A stretch of 64,000 bases of DNA from Acidimicrobiia bacterium (GTDB lineage Bacteria > Actinomycetota > Acidimicrobiia > Spongiisociales > Spongiisociaceae): the NCBI GenBank assembly GCA_022827785.1, contig JAJEIM010000006.1, forward strand, positions 15,842 to 79,841. Direction: 5' to 3'. The notes under the pieces are model-generated. The model was not told the DNA's origin. It searched no databases and saw only the letters and a program-made list of their open reading frames with translations. Shown here piece after piece: positions 10,045 through 18,895 of this stretch (position 1 is its first letter; the number at the start of each line of letters is the position of its first letter). The translations under genes and the position numbers were made by a program.

Positions 10045-11016
10045 TTGGGCGCGACCCCCGTGTCTCAGGGATACGGTCCGCGAACAGGGACGGGGTTGGC
10101 CATCCGGTCGGCGGTAGCACTGCTCGGGTGCTTGCTCATTTGGGCCTGTGCCGGCGCCGTACCTGTAGGTGCTCCTTCCTCGTCGACAAGTGCCACGTCC
10201 ACTACAGGTCCCATGTCCACTTCGGGTGCCACGTCCACCGCTCCGTCCGCGGCGGACACCGTGATCACGGCCGAGCCATCCACGACGGTCGCTGCAACGA
10301 TCCCGATCGAGCCGGTGTCCGTAGAGCTGGTTCTGGTGAGGTCGCTTCCCCACGACCCGCAGGCCTTTACCCAGGGCCTCGTCCTGCGGAACGGGGTCTT
10401 CTACGAGAGCACCGGGCTCTACGGCGAGTCGACCGTGCGGATCGTGGAGGCCGGCACCGGCCGCGTGATCCGCTCAAGGAGCCTCGGCCCGGAGTTCTTC
10501 GGAGAGGGTCTCGAGTTGGTGGGGAACCGCCTCATCCAACTGACCTGGAAGGAGGGGACGGCCTTCATCTGGGATGCGGAAACGCTCGCCCCGCTCGGCA
10601 CCTTCTCCTACGCGGGCGAAGGGTGGGGGTTGTGCGCCCAGGAGGACCGGCTGGTCATGAGCGACGGCTCGTCGCGCCTGACCTTCCGGGACCGGACGAC
10701 GTTCGAGTCCATGGGGGTGGTTGAGGTTCTGAGGGATGGGGAGCCGGTGGAACGGCTCAACGAACTGGAGTGCGTGGAGGATCTTGTGTACGCCAACGTG
10801 TGGCTGACCGAGGAGATAGTGATCATCGACCCGGGCACCGGGAGGGTCGTGGGCCGGATCGACGCATCGCCGCTACTCGATCGCCTCGGATCGCCCGACG
10901 GGGTCGATGTGCTCAACGGCATTGCTTATGACCCCGGAGACCGGTCCTTCTACCTGACCGGCAAGCTCTGGCCGGAGATCTTCCAGGTACACCTCCCATT
11001 TACCACTGACCACTGA
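10045..11016 (+). CDS. glutamine cyclotransferase (bacterial/plant-type QC), secreted lipoprotein
   Basis: Signal peptide plus LLGC lipobox, a Ser/Thr-rich linker, then a glutamine cyclotransferase beta-propeller domain (FTQGLVLRNGVFYESTGLYGESTVRIVE...LNGIAYDPGDRSFYLTGKLWP). Confidence 0.75.
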   Translation: MGATPVSQGYGPRTGTGLAIRSAVALLGCLLIWACAGAVPVGAPSSSTSATSTTGPMSTSGATSTAPSAADTVITAEPSTTVAATIPIEPVSVELVLVRSLPHDPQAFTQGLVLRNGVFYESTGLYGESTVRIVEAGTGRVIRSRSLGPEFFGEGLELVGNRLIQLTWKEGTAFIWDAETLAPLGTFSYAGEGWGLCAQEDRLVMSDGSSRLTFRDRTTFESMGVVEVLRDGEPVERLNELECVEDLVYANVWLTEEIVIIDPGTGRVVGRIDASPLLDRLGSPDGVDVLNGIAYDPGDRSFYLTGKLWPEIFQVHLPFTTDH

Positions 11017-11037
11017 CCACTGAATAGACCAGTGGTC
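11003..11037. repeat. three tandem CCACTGA heptamers overlapping the QC stop codon, followed by inverted partner CCAGTGG (hairpin)
   Basis: Read directly from the sequence: ta CCACTGA CCACTGA CCACTGA atagaCCAGTGGtc. The TGA stop of the QC gene lies inside the second unit. The unit length is not a multiple of 3. Confidence 0.5.
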
Positions 11038-11085
11038 TGTTTGAGAAATGACTTGGCGTGTTCTGCTTGCCGTCGACGTTCCGTC

Positions 11086-11137
11086 GCTGCGTTCCGCTTC
11101 CTCATCGGACCGCTGCGGGTACGGCTTCGTCAGCGGG
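11086..11137 (+). promoter_or_regulatory. bipartite leader motif GCTGCGTTCCGC-N26-CTTCGTCAGCGGG, copy A, 187 nt upstream of rpsF
   Basis: The same two boxes recur at 28092..28142, upstream of the bS22 micro-ORF, with nearly identical spacing. The second box forms an inverted repeat CCGCTG...CAGCGG with upstream sequence. Confidence 0.4.
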
Positions 11138-11323
11138 CCTTGCGAGCAACGCCGCCGGCTGGCGCATGACCCGCCGCCATTCCCCAGACAGACCACTAGA
11201 CTTCTGCGCGCCGTTGACGCATGATGTCGTGATGCGGTTCCCACAATCGAAGTCCTGCGCCCGAGATGGCGCCTTCCGGGGGGTTTGTCCGGCCCGGATG
11301 TCCGAAGGAGGTGATGCGTCCCC

Positions 11324-11710
11324 ATGCGCACGTACGAGTTGATGACCATTCACAGGCCCGAGCTGGCCGAGGCCGATGCCAGGCGTGAGTCACAGGTTCT
11401 CAAGAACTTTCTCCACGGCGCGGACGCGGCTGTCATCGAGATCGATTTCTGGGGCAGGCGTCGGCTCGCCTACGAGATCGACAAGGCCCGGGAGGGCTAC
11501 TACACGGTCATCACGTTCGAGGGGGAGTCCCACCATGTCGCCGCCCTGGACCGGGCGCTTTCCCTCTCCGACGCCGTGATGCGACACAAGATCATCCGGC
11601 CCGGCGCACGTCCCGGTCGGCTTAAGACGGCCGAAGGGTCATCGGATCGGCCCGACCCGCAGGCTGCGGACGCACCCGGCGCATCAGGGGAAAGTGTCAC
11701 AGGGTCTTGA
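11324..11710 (+). CDS. rpsF: 30S ribosomal protein S6
   Basis: MRTYELMTIHRPELAE...GRRRLAYEIDKAREGYYTVITFEGE is a canonical S6 sequence. It carries the acidic/Pro-rich C-terminal tail seen in actinobacteria. Confidence 0.9.
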   Translation: MRTYELMTIHRPELAEADARRESQVLKNFLHGADAAVIEIDFWGRRRLAYEIDKAREGYYTVITFEGESHHVAALDRALSLSDAVMRHKIIRPGARPGRLKTAEGSSDRPDPQAADAPGASGESVTGS

Positions 11711-11752
11711 TGTAATGGGGAACCGAGTGAGCAGCAGACAGATAGGAATGGC

Positions 11753-12208
11753 ATGCCTGACAACACAGTAACCATCGTAGGCAACCTGACCCAGGACCCC
11801 GAGATGAGGTTCACGCCCAACGGGGTGGCCATGGTCAAGCTCAGGATCGCCGTGAACCGCCGGCGCTTCAACCGCAACTCCAACACTTGGGAGGAGGGTG
11901 AGCCGAGCTTCTTCGACGCCACCTGCTGGCGGGACCTGGCCGAGAACGTCTCCGAGTCGTTGCGGAAGGGTAACCGGGTCATGGTCACCGGCCGGCTCGA
12001 GCAGCGCCGCTGGGAGACCCAGGACGGCGACCGGCGCTCCGTGGTCGAGATCCAGGTCGACGAGATCGGCCCCAGCCTCAAGTGGGCCACCGCCTCGGTG
12101 ACCCGCATTCCGAGAGGCGGTGGCTGGAGCGGCGGCGGCCAGCAGGGCAACGTACCCCCCGCCCCCGTGGCCCGGAGCAATCCACCGCCCGACGAAGCCC
12201 CCTTCTGA
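11753..12208 (+). CDS. ssb: single-stranded DNA-binding protein
   Basis: OB-fold SSB N-terminus ([53 protein letters not shown]), a Gly-rich linker, and the acidic C-terminal tail DEAPF. Confidence 0.9.
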   Translation: MPDNTVTIVGNLTQDPEMRFTPNGVAMVKLRIAVNRRRFNRNSNTWEEGEPSFFDATCWRDLAENVSESLRKGNRVMVTGRLEQRRWETQDGDRRSVVEIQVDEIGPSLKWATASVTRIPRGGGWSGGGQQGNVPPAPVARSNPPPDEAPF

Positions 12209-12224
12209 TAAGGAGTTACTACTC

Positions 12225-12509
12225 ATGGCGAGACGAATCCCGAACCGCCGCCGCCGGCGGCCCCGAGGCCCCAAGACGATCCGCAAGCGGATCTGCCCCG
12301 GTTGCAGGCAGATGAAGTGCGACAACACCAGGGTGCCCTACGTCGACTACAAGGACCTGGACACCCTGGGCCGGTTCATTTCCGAACGCGGCAAGATCCG
12401 CTCCAGGCGGGTAACCGGCGCCTGCGCCCAGTACCAGCGGCGGGTGGCGATCGCCATCAAGAACGCTCGCGAGATGGCGTTGCTGCCGTACACGAAGAGC
12501 CCTCGATGA
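12225..12509 (+). CDS. rpsR: 30S ribosomal protein S18
   Basis: The internal Met gives [90 protein letters not shown]. The upstream part of the track ORF is read-through of the ssb tail region. Confidence 0.9.
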   Translation: MARRIPNRRRRRPRGPKTIRKRICPGCRQMKCDNTRVPYVDYKDLDTLGRFISERGKIRSRRVTGACAQYQRRVAIAIKNAREMALLPYTKSPR

Positions 12510-12958
12510 GGCTGGTGCTCAAGGCCGATGTGACCGGTCTGGGATCCAAGGGCGACATCGTGGAGGTGGCCACCGGCTACGGACGCAACTATCTCCTGCC
12601 CCAAGGGCTCGCCGCCAAGGCCACCGGCGGCATGATCCGGCAGATACAGGAGGCCGAACGGGTCCGGCGGGAGGCTCGCCGGCGGGAGCTGGAGGCGGCG
12701 GAGAACATCCGCTTGCAGCTGGTGGAGACCCGGGTGGTCATCGCCGCCAGGGTGAATGACGAGGGTCAGCTGTTCGGGTCGATCGGGATCGCCGAGATCA
12801 TTGACGCGGTGCAGAGCCTGTCATCGGTGGTACTGGAGCGCGGGATGGTCATGCTGGCGGAACCCATCAAGACCATCGGCTACCACGAGGTGACCATCAC
12901 TCTGCATCCCGAGGTGCAGTGCGTTCTCACCCTGGATGTGATCCCAGCCCATCGGTGA
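12506..12958 (+). CDS. rplI: 50S ribosomal protein L9
   Basis: [36 protein letters not shown] is the L9 N-domain. Its ATG overlaps the rpsR stop (ATGA). Confidence 0.9.
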   Translation: MRLVLKADVTGLGSKGDIVEVATGYGRNYLLPQGLAAKATGGMIRQIQEAERVRREARRRELEAAENIRLQLVETRVVIAARVNDEGQLFGSIGIAEIIDAVQSLSSVVLERGMVMLAEPIKTIGYHEVTITLHPEVQCVLTLDVIPAHR

Positions 12959-13309
12959 GGCTCGAACCTTCTCCCGCCGGGCGGTTCGTGGTCCGGGCCA
13001 AAACCTGAAGAACGCCAAAATCTGCGCGCCGGAACCTGGGTCTGCGACCCTTCGGGTGGCCTATGCTGGCTGCGGTTGGACCCCGGTCGGACGGCGCGAC
13101 TACCGGTGATCTCCCGAACCACTTCCCTCTTCCCCCGGTGAACTTCCTGCACGTGGACGCGTAGCGACCCGGCTCGCCCGTCCCGGGCGTCGAGCAGCGA
13201 GTCCGCGCGGTAAGGAGTGTCACACCCCCGCGCCATCCTGGTAGTGACGACTCGAGATAGAGGGAGGGCGCAGTATGGGCCAGGCCATCGGCCCCGCAGG
13301 GGCGACACC

Positions 13310-14686
13310 GTGACGGTGGTCGAGCGGGCCCCGGATCCGGCAACCTTCACCCGGGCCATGGCTCCGCCCCACAGCTCCGAAGCGGAGGAATCGGTGCTCG
13401 GCGCGGTTCTCCGTTCGCAGGAGGCGGCCGACGAGGTGCTAGGACGCCTCAGGGAGGCGGACTTCTACGTACCGGCCCACCGCATGATCTTCGGCGCCAT
13501 GGTCCGCCTCTACGAAGACAACCAGCCCATCGACACCCTGACGGTGGCCGACCGGCTGACCCGGATCGGTGATCTCGACAAGGTGGGTGGCGTCAGCAGG
13601 GTCGCCGTGCTCTGGGACAAGGTACCGAGTGCCGCCAACGTGGGTTACTACACCGAGGTGGTTGCCGAACATGGCGTCCGGCGCCGGATGCTCGAGGCGA
13701 CCCGGCGAATCGGTGATCTGGCCATGAACCTGGACATGGAGATCGAGAGAGTCCTGGACGAGTCCGAACAGGCCGTGCTGGGGGTGGCGCGGAACCGGGC
13801 GGAGGGCGGCCCGGAGCGGATCGGAGACCTGTTGGAGCAGGTTCTGATGAAGCTGGAGGAGGCGGAGAAGATAGGGCAGGACGTAACCGGACTCCCCACC
13901 GGCCTGGTAGATCTGGACCGTAAGCTGGGGGGTCTGCAACCCGGCACGCTGGTGGTGGTGGCGGGCCGTCCCGGTATGGGCAAGAGCGCCCTGGCCATGA
14001 ACATAGCCAGCCATGTGGCCCTCAATCACGGGCCGGTGGCGTTGTTCAGCCTGGAGATGTCGCCGATGGAGATCGCCTACCGCTGGCTGGGTTCCCACGC
14101 CCGGGTCAACTCCATGAAGCTGCGTTCCGGCCTGGACAAGGGCGAATCCGCCCGGTTATGGCCCCGGCTCGTGGATGCTTCGGCCAGCCTCTACAAGGCT
14201 CCGCTGCACGCCGACGAGGGATCGCGCACGGTTACCGACATCCGGGCCAAGTGTCGGCGGCTGAAGCGCCAGCGCGGGCTGGAACTGGTGGTCGTGGACT
14301 ACATGCAGCTTATGCAGGCCCGCACCAGAGAGAACAGGCAGCAGGAGATCGCCGAGATCAGCCTCAACCTCAAGGGGCTGGCGCGGGAACTGGACGTGCC
14401 GGTGATAGCGGTCTCGCAGCTAAACCGCGCACTGGAGAGTAGGGGAGACCGGCGCCCGCAGCTCGGGGACCTCCGCGAGTCGGGGGCGATCGAGCAGGAC
14501 GCCGATGTGGTTCTCATGATCTACCGCGACGAGTACTACAACCCGCAGACCGACCACAAGGGGATGGCCGACATCATCATCGCCAAGCAGAGGGCCGGCC
14601 CCACCGGAGTGGTCAAGGCCACCTTCGCCGCTGAGTACACCCGCTTCGACAACCTGCCACACGGTTACACCAGCCAGGGGAGGTGA
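13310..14686 (+). CDS. dnaB: replicative DNA helicase DnaB, no intein
   Basis: PPHSSEAEESVLGAVL N-terminal motif, Walker A GRPGMGKSALAMN, and the RecA-like blocks SLEMS and VVVDYMQLM, in a continuous 450-460 aa protein. Start is uncertain between GTG 13217, GTG 13310 and ATG 13358. 13310 gives a DnaB-like N-terminal length. Confidence 0.8.
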   Translation: MTVVERAPDPATFTRAMAPPHSSEAEESVLGAVLRSQEAADEVLGRLREADFYVPAHRMIFGAMVRLYEDNQPIDTLTVADRLTRIGDLDKVGGVSRVAVLWDKVPSAANVGYYTEVVAEHGVRRRMLEATRRIGDLAMNLDMEIERVLDESEQAVLGVARNRAEGGPERIGDLLEQVLMKLEEAEKIGQDVTGLPTGLVDLDRKLGGLQPGTLVVVAGRPGMGKSALAMNIASHVALNHGPVALFSLEMSPMEIAYRWLGSHARVNSMKLRSGLDKGESARLWPRLVDASASLYKAPLHADEGSRTVTDIRAKCRRLKRQRGLELVVVDYMQLMQARTRENRQQEIAEISLNLKGLARELDVPVIAVSQLNRALESRGDRRPQLGDLRESGAIEQDADVVLMIYRDEYYNPQTDHKGMADIIIAKQRAGPTGVVKATFAAEYTRFDNLPHGYTSQGR

Positions 14687-14706
14687 GCGGTCCGGCTCGG
14701 GCGCGC

Positions 14707-15711
14707 TCAGATGTGAATCTCGATGCGGTCTCCGTCCTCGAGCGGAAACGCCCTCCCGATACGGCGGTCAGGCCGGCCGGGCCGGATCAGCCGCGCGAAC
14801 TTGAGGTCGCGGGCGAAGTCCTTGTGGATCAGCGCCGCCACGTCCATCACCGTCTGCCCGCGGCGGATCGTGTAGGGCCGATCATCCTTCCGCTCGGTGG
14901 CTGCGACCGTGTACACCCGCACCACCCCCAAGGCGTCGAAGAGCCAATAGCCCAGATGGGATACCTCGTCATCCGGTACCGAGGACCTGAGGACGGGGAG
15001 GTCGAGGCCGACCAACTCCATCAGCACCTCGACCTCTTCCTCGATCTGCTCGGTCAGGTCGGCCTTGGACGCCACCACCGCGGTGGGCAGGAGCTTGGCG
15101 AACGGATCGTCGGGATCCTGCGGCGTCCCCGCACTTCCTGGCCACTCCCCGGTGAGGTACACCCGGCGCTCCTCCAGCAACTCCACCAGCTCCACCACTG
15201 CGGCTACGCACCCCGGCTCCGACACATCAACCACTAGGAGCGCCCCGTCCGCGGGTTGCATGGCATTCCCGATCCAGGGCAAGGGGTGCTCGGCGGTGAC
15301 CGGCGGGAGGTCGATGAGCTGGATCCCGATGTCCCGCACGGGCGCCATCCCGGGCTGGGGGTGCTGGGTGGTGAAAGGGTAGGCCCCGACCTGGGCGCCT
15401 GACCCGGTGAGGGCGTGGTGGATGGTGGACTTGCCGCTGTTGGGAGGTCCGAGCAGGCCGATCTGGCCGGCCCCTTCCGGCCGGAAGGTGTAGACCGGAC
15501 CCGCCCGCGCCCCCGCCTTCTTCGGAGCGGCCAACTCCTCGGTCAACTCCTTGATCTTGGTCTTGATACCGGCCTGGAGGTGTTCGGTTCCCTTGTGTTT
15601 CGGGATGGTGCGGAGCATTTCCCGCAGCGCCGCCAGGCGATCGCGGGCCTCGCGGGCCGCCTTGTAGTCGGCTTCGGCCTTCTTGTACTCCGGGGTGACG
15701 TTGGTGGGCAT
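14707..15711 (-). CDS. Obg/DRG-family GTPase with C-terminal TGS domain
   Basis: G1 GLLGPPNSGKST, G3 DLPP, and a C-terminal TGS-like domain (VYTVAAT...RIEIHI). Start at the internal MPTNVTPEYKK. Confidence 0.75.
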   Translation of the reverse strand: MPTNVTPEYKKAEADYKAAREARDRLAALREMLRTIPKHKGTEHLQAGIKTKIKELTEELAAPKKAGARAGPVYTFRPEGAGQIGLLGPPNSGKSTIHHALTGSGAQVGAYPFTTQHPQPGMAPVRDIGIQLIDLPPVTAEHPLPWIGNAMQPADGALLVVDVSEPGCVAAVVELVELLEERRVYLTGEWPGSAGTPQDPDDPFAKLLPTAVVASKADLTEQIEEEVEVLMELVGLDLPVLRSSVPDDEVSHLGYWLFDALGVVRVYTVAATERKDDRPYTIRRGQTVMDVAALIHKDFARDLKFARLIRPGRPDRRIGRAFPLEDGDRIEIHI

Positions 15712-15778
15712 TACGGCACAATGATGGCGCAACAGCGGCGAGACCGCCGATCCGGCCCGGGGGTAATCTCGTGAGGCC

Positions 15779-16555
15779 ATGTTCGAAGAACTCGCCGAAG
15801 GCGTCTTCCGGCGTCCCTATCCGTTCCTTCGGATCAACATAGGGGTCGTGATCGGCACCGACGGTGTCCTGCTGGTCGACACCCGCGAGAGCGAGGAAGC
15901 CGCGAGAGAACTGTCCGGGGATCTCCGCGCGCTGACGGCGAAGCCGGTGAGGTGGGTGGTCAATACCCACTGGCACTGGGACCACGTGTTCGGGAACGCC
16001 CTCTTCCCGGGTGCGGCCATCTGGGGGCACCGGTCATGCAGGCGGATGCTTCTGGGGAGTCCGGAGCCCCACTTCGAGGACGCCCGCCTCTGGGTGCCCA
16101 GGGAGCGGAGAGACGAGATCGAACGGGTGAGAGTGGTGCCGCCGCAGCATACTTTCGAGGCGGTGACCTCCATCGACATAGGTGGGCGCCAGGTTGGCGC
16201 CACGTACCATGGGCGGGGCCACACCGATGCCGACGTCGTGGTCCGTTGCGGCGGGGTGACCTTCATGGGAGACCTGGTGGAACAGGGAAAGAGCCCCGAG
16301 ATGGGCGATTCCTACCCCCTGGAATGGCCCGCCACGCTGGCTGCAGCGCGTCCCGGAGTGGGGCACACAGTGGTGCCGGGCCATGGTGACCTGCTCTCAC
16401 CGGCCGATGTAGACGACCAGGCTGACCGGCTCGAGAGGGTGGCCGCGTTGTTACGCCAGGTTCTCTTCGAGGGGCGTCCGGCGGAGGAAGTGGTTCGGCG
16501 CGGACCGATCCCCGAGCTGCACATGCGGAAGGCGCTGGCCAGGGCCCGCGGTTAG
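15779..16555 (+). CDS. MBL-fold metallo-hydrolase
   Basis: HxHxDH zinc motif (NTHWHWDHVFGN), with further His/Asp ligands downstream (HGRGHTDADV, PGHG). Confidence 0.8.
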   Translation: MFEELAEGVFRRPYPFLRINIGVVIGTDGVLLVDTRESEEAARELSGDLRALTAKPVRWVVNTHWHWDHVFGNALFPGAAIWGHRSCRRMLLGSPEPHFEDARLWVPRERRDEIERVRVVPPQHTFEAVTSIDIGGRQVGATYHGRGHTDADVVVRCGGVTFMGDLVEQGKSPEMGDSYPLEWPATLAAARPGVGHTVVPGHGDLLSPADVDDQADRLERVAALLRQVLFEGRPAEEVVRRGPIPELHMRKALARARG

Positions 16556-16625
16556 TGGCCCGTGGCAGGAACCGACAACTAACGGCCATCAACCACGATT
16601 CCACCTGAGCGCTGATGCGGGTGAG

Positions 16626-17132
16626 TCAGCGCCTCTTCAGGATGTTGCGAATTCTCGCCCGAACCGACGCGGACTCAGACTCGCCGGCTCGGGCCAGCAT
16701 GGTGTCCACCTTCTCCCGGTGTTGTGGGAAGCGAAGCGCCAACTCGTTGAATCCGTTATAGGCCCACGCCCTGACGAACTTCCTGTTGCTCTCGAGACAG
16801 GCATCCAGGAACTTCTCGAGATCGACGCTGTCGTCCTCGGCAATGTCCAGATAGGGCAGGCACTGGAGCACATGCAGTTTGCTCTCCCAGTGCTCCAGAA
16901 CGGAAAGCCGGCCGAAGACCGAACGGCAACCGGCCGCGGACAGTGAGTTCCCCACCTCAAGATGTCTCTTCAGCAGCCAGGTTGCCGCGCGTTCTGATTC
17001 GACATCTGAAATGCCCGCCAGGATCGTCCCGACGAAGCCCTCCTCGCCGCTGTGGCGCTCGTATGCCGACTCCAACGCGGCAGCGGACCTGCCGTCCCAG
17101 GAGGCAATCTCTTCCGATAACGTCGTGGTCAC
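16626..17132 (-). CDS. hypothetical protein, possible HEAT-repeat DNA alkylation repair (AlkD-like) fold
   Basis: ORF with high GC3 and an all-helical composition. Weak resemblance to the DNA_alkylation family (RKFVRAWAYNGF). The start is placed at the internal GTG. Family call is low confidence. Confidence 0.4.
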   Translation of the reverse strand: MTTTLSEEIASWDGRSAAALESAYERHSGEEGFVGTILAGISDVESERAATWLLKRHLEVGNSLSAAGCRSVFGRLSVLEHWESKLHVLQCLPYLDIAEDDSVDLEKFLDACLESNRKFVRAWAYNGFNELALRFPQHREKVDTMLARAGESESASVRARIRNILKRR

Positions 17133-17221
17133 ATCCGGTTCCCGCGATGCCGGTCGGCAGCACTCAGAACTCTCACCCCGGCGATGCCTTCCGCGGCCGA
17201 AGAGCAGCGAGCTCGGAGACC

Positions 17222-17938
17222 TCAACCACTGGCCGGGCCGGACTCGATGGTGATCCCGCCGAACAGGCAGGTTCCGGTGATGGTGAGCGTCGGGCCTGTC
17301 CTGGGTGAGGTCTCGGGTCGCTGGTCGTTGACCCCGCCGAACACGTTGGTGGTCCGGAGGTCGACCACCCAGTCGTCGGGTACCACGAACAACACCCCTC
17401 CGAAGACCGCGGAGACGTCCACGGTGGCCGTGTTGATCGCCAGCCCGGCATCGAGCAGGTCGATCTTGGCGGAACCGAATACGGCGCTGACCGCTCCTCC
17501 GGAGAAGCTCCTGCCGGTGATCCGCTGCTCGGTCGATCCGAACCCGCAGGACACGTTCAGATCGCTGGTGTCGGCGGCCTCGGGCGGCCGGTCCTGCTTA
17601 CGGCGCCTGCGCCGGGAGCGCCGACCTACCAGGATGAACCTCGCGCCCACCCAGACGAGGACGAGCGGCCAGAGCCTCCAGACGTCTCCGAAGTCGATCT
17701 CCCAGACACCGAGGGAGTCCAGCAGCAACACCGCGCCCACCAGGCTGAACGCCGCCCAGAACCACCGGCCCGAGCGCCGCCGGAACAGGTTGGCGAGTCC
17801 GATCACCACCAGGAGCGCCGGCCACCAGTCGCTGAATGTGTAGTCCCAGTCGGTGACGTTCTCGATTAGCAACAGCACGCCGATCGTCACCAGCAGGAGT
17901 CCGGTAGCCAACTGCGAGCTTCGCCTGCCTTCCATCAT
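17222..17938 (-). CDS. LiaF-like membrane protein: N-terminal TM domain plus C-terminal DUF4097/toast-rack-like domain
   Basis: Two to three N-terminal TM helices rich in W, a poly-Arg cytoplasmic linker (RRSRRRRRK), then a Gly/Val-rich beta repeat region (VFGGV...VFGGVNDQ) typical of LiaF/YvqF-type proteins. Confidence 0.6.
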   Translation of the reverse strand: MMEGRRSSQLATGLLLVTIGVLLLIENVTDWDYTFSDWWPALLVVIGLANLFRRRSGRWFWAAFSLVGAVLLLDSLGVWEIDFGDVWRLWPLVLVWVGARFILVGRRSRRRRRKQDRPPEAADTSDLNVSCGFGSTEQRITGRSFSGGAVSAVFGSAKIDLLDAGLAINTATVDVSAVFGGVLFVVPDDWVVDLRTTNVFGGVNDQRPETSPRTGPTLTITGTCLFGGITIESGPASG

Positions 17939-17965
17939 GCCTCCTCGCCTTCGCCGGGTGCCGGG

Positions 17966-18895
17966 TCAACCTGTGGGTCTTGCCCGCTCGTCCTCATCCG
18001 GGACCGGCCAGAGCCAGGCCGCCCCCACTACGCCGCCCGAGTCGCCGTGCCGGTTCCTCTCCAGGCGGGTAGCCACCCCATCCGAGAATATCCACTTTCC
18101 CCACCTTTGCGGCACCTCCTCGTACAGGTGATCCACATTCGACATGCCCCCGCCCAGGATCACGACATCGGGATCGAGGATGTTGATCACCACCGCCAGC
18201 GCCCTCGCCAGCCGGGTGGCGTAGCGATCGAACACCGCGGCAGCGACCGCGTCCCCACCAACGCGGTCCATGACCTGCTCCGCGGTCAGTTCCGTCCCCG
18301 AGGATCGCAGGTACTCGCCGGCCACCGCCGGACCGGACAGGTAGAGCTCGACGCAGCCGGTCCGCCCGCAGTAGCAGGACCGCCCACCCATTTCGCCGGG
18401 TTGGGGGTTGTGACCCCATTCGCCGGTGATCCGGTTGGGGCCCACCTGGGGGATCCGGTCGATCACCAGGCCGCCTCCCACGCCGGTTCCAAGGATGACG
18501 CCGAAAACGGTTCGGGCCCCGACGCCCGCTCCGGTGACCGCCTCGGCCAGTGCGAAACAGTCGGCGTCGTTGGCCAGCCGCACGGGTCGTCCCAGAGCCG
18601 TTTCCAGGTCGCGATCCAGGGGCCGGCCGTTGAGCGCCACCGAGTTGGAGTTGCGTAGCAGTCCCGAGAACGGGGAGATGGCCCCCGGAGTGCCGATCCC
18701 GACGGTGCCCTGCCCGCCGACGCAGGCCTCCACCTCGCGGATCAACTCCACCACAGCACTCACTGTGCCCTCGTAGTCTCCAGCCGGTGTGGGTACCCGC
18801 TTCCTGGCCAGCACCTGCCCGCACGGGTCGAGGACGGCGCCCTCGATCTTGGTGCCGCCCAGGTCGATCCCCACCCGGAGCCCCGCCCGGCTCAT
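17966..18895 (-). CDS. ROK-family sugar kinase, N-acetylglucosamine/glucose kinase-like
   Basis: N-terminal GIDLGGTK ATPase motif, ROK signature, and the zinc motif GEWGHNPQ...CYCGRTGCVE. Confidence 0.8.
   Translation of the reverse strand: MSRAGLRVGIDLGGTKIEGAVLDPCGQVLARKRVPTPAGDYEGTVSAVVELIREVEACVGGQGTVGIGTPGAISPFSGLLRNSNSVALNGRPLDRDLETALGRPVRLANDADCFALAEAVTGAGVGARTVFGVILGTGVGGGLVIDRIPQVGPNRITGEWGHNPQPGEMGGRSCYCGRTGCVELYLSGPAVAGEYLRSSGTELTAEQVMDRVGGDAVAAAVFDRYATRLARALAVVINILDPDVVILGGGMSNVDHLYEEVPQRWGKWIFSDGVATRLERNRHGDSGGVVGAAWLWPVPDEDERARPTG

Noticed and set aside
12959-13309. Rho-independent terminator or riboswitch in the 260-350-nt rplI-dnaB spacer
   Set aside because: CCGCC-g-GGCGG would have a 1-nt loop with no U-tract, so it is not a credible terminator. 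No known RNA motif was recognised. Left unannotated.
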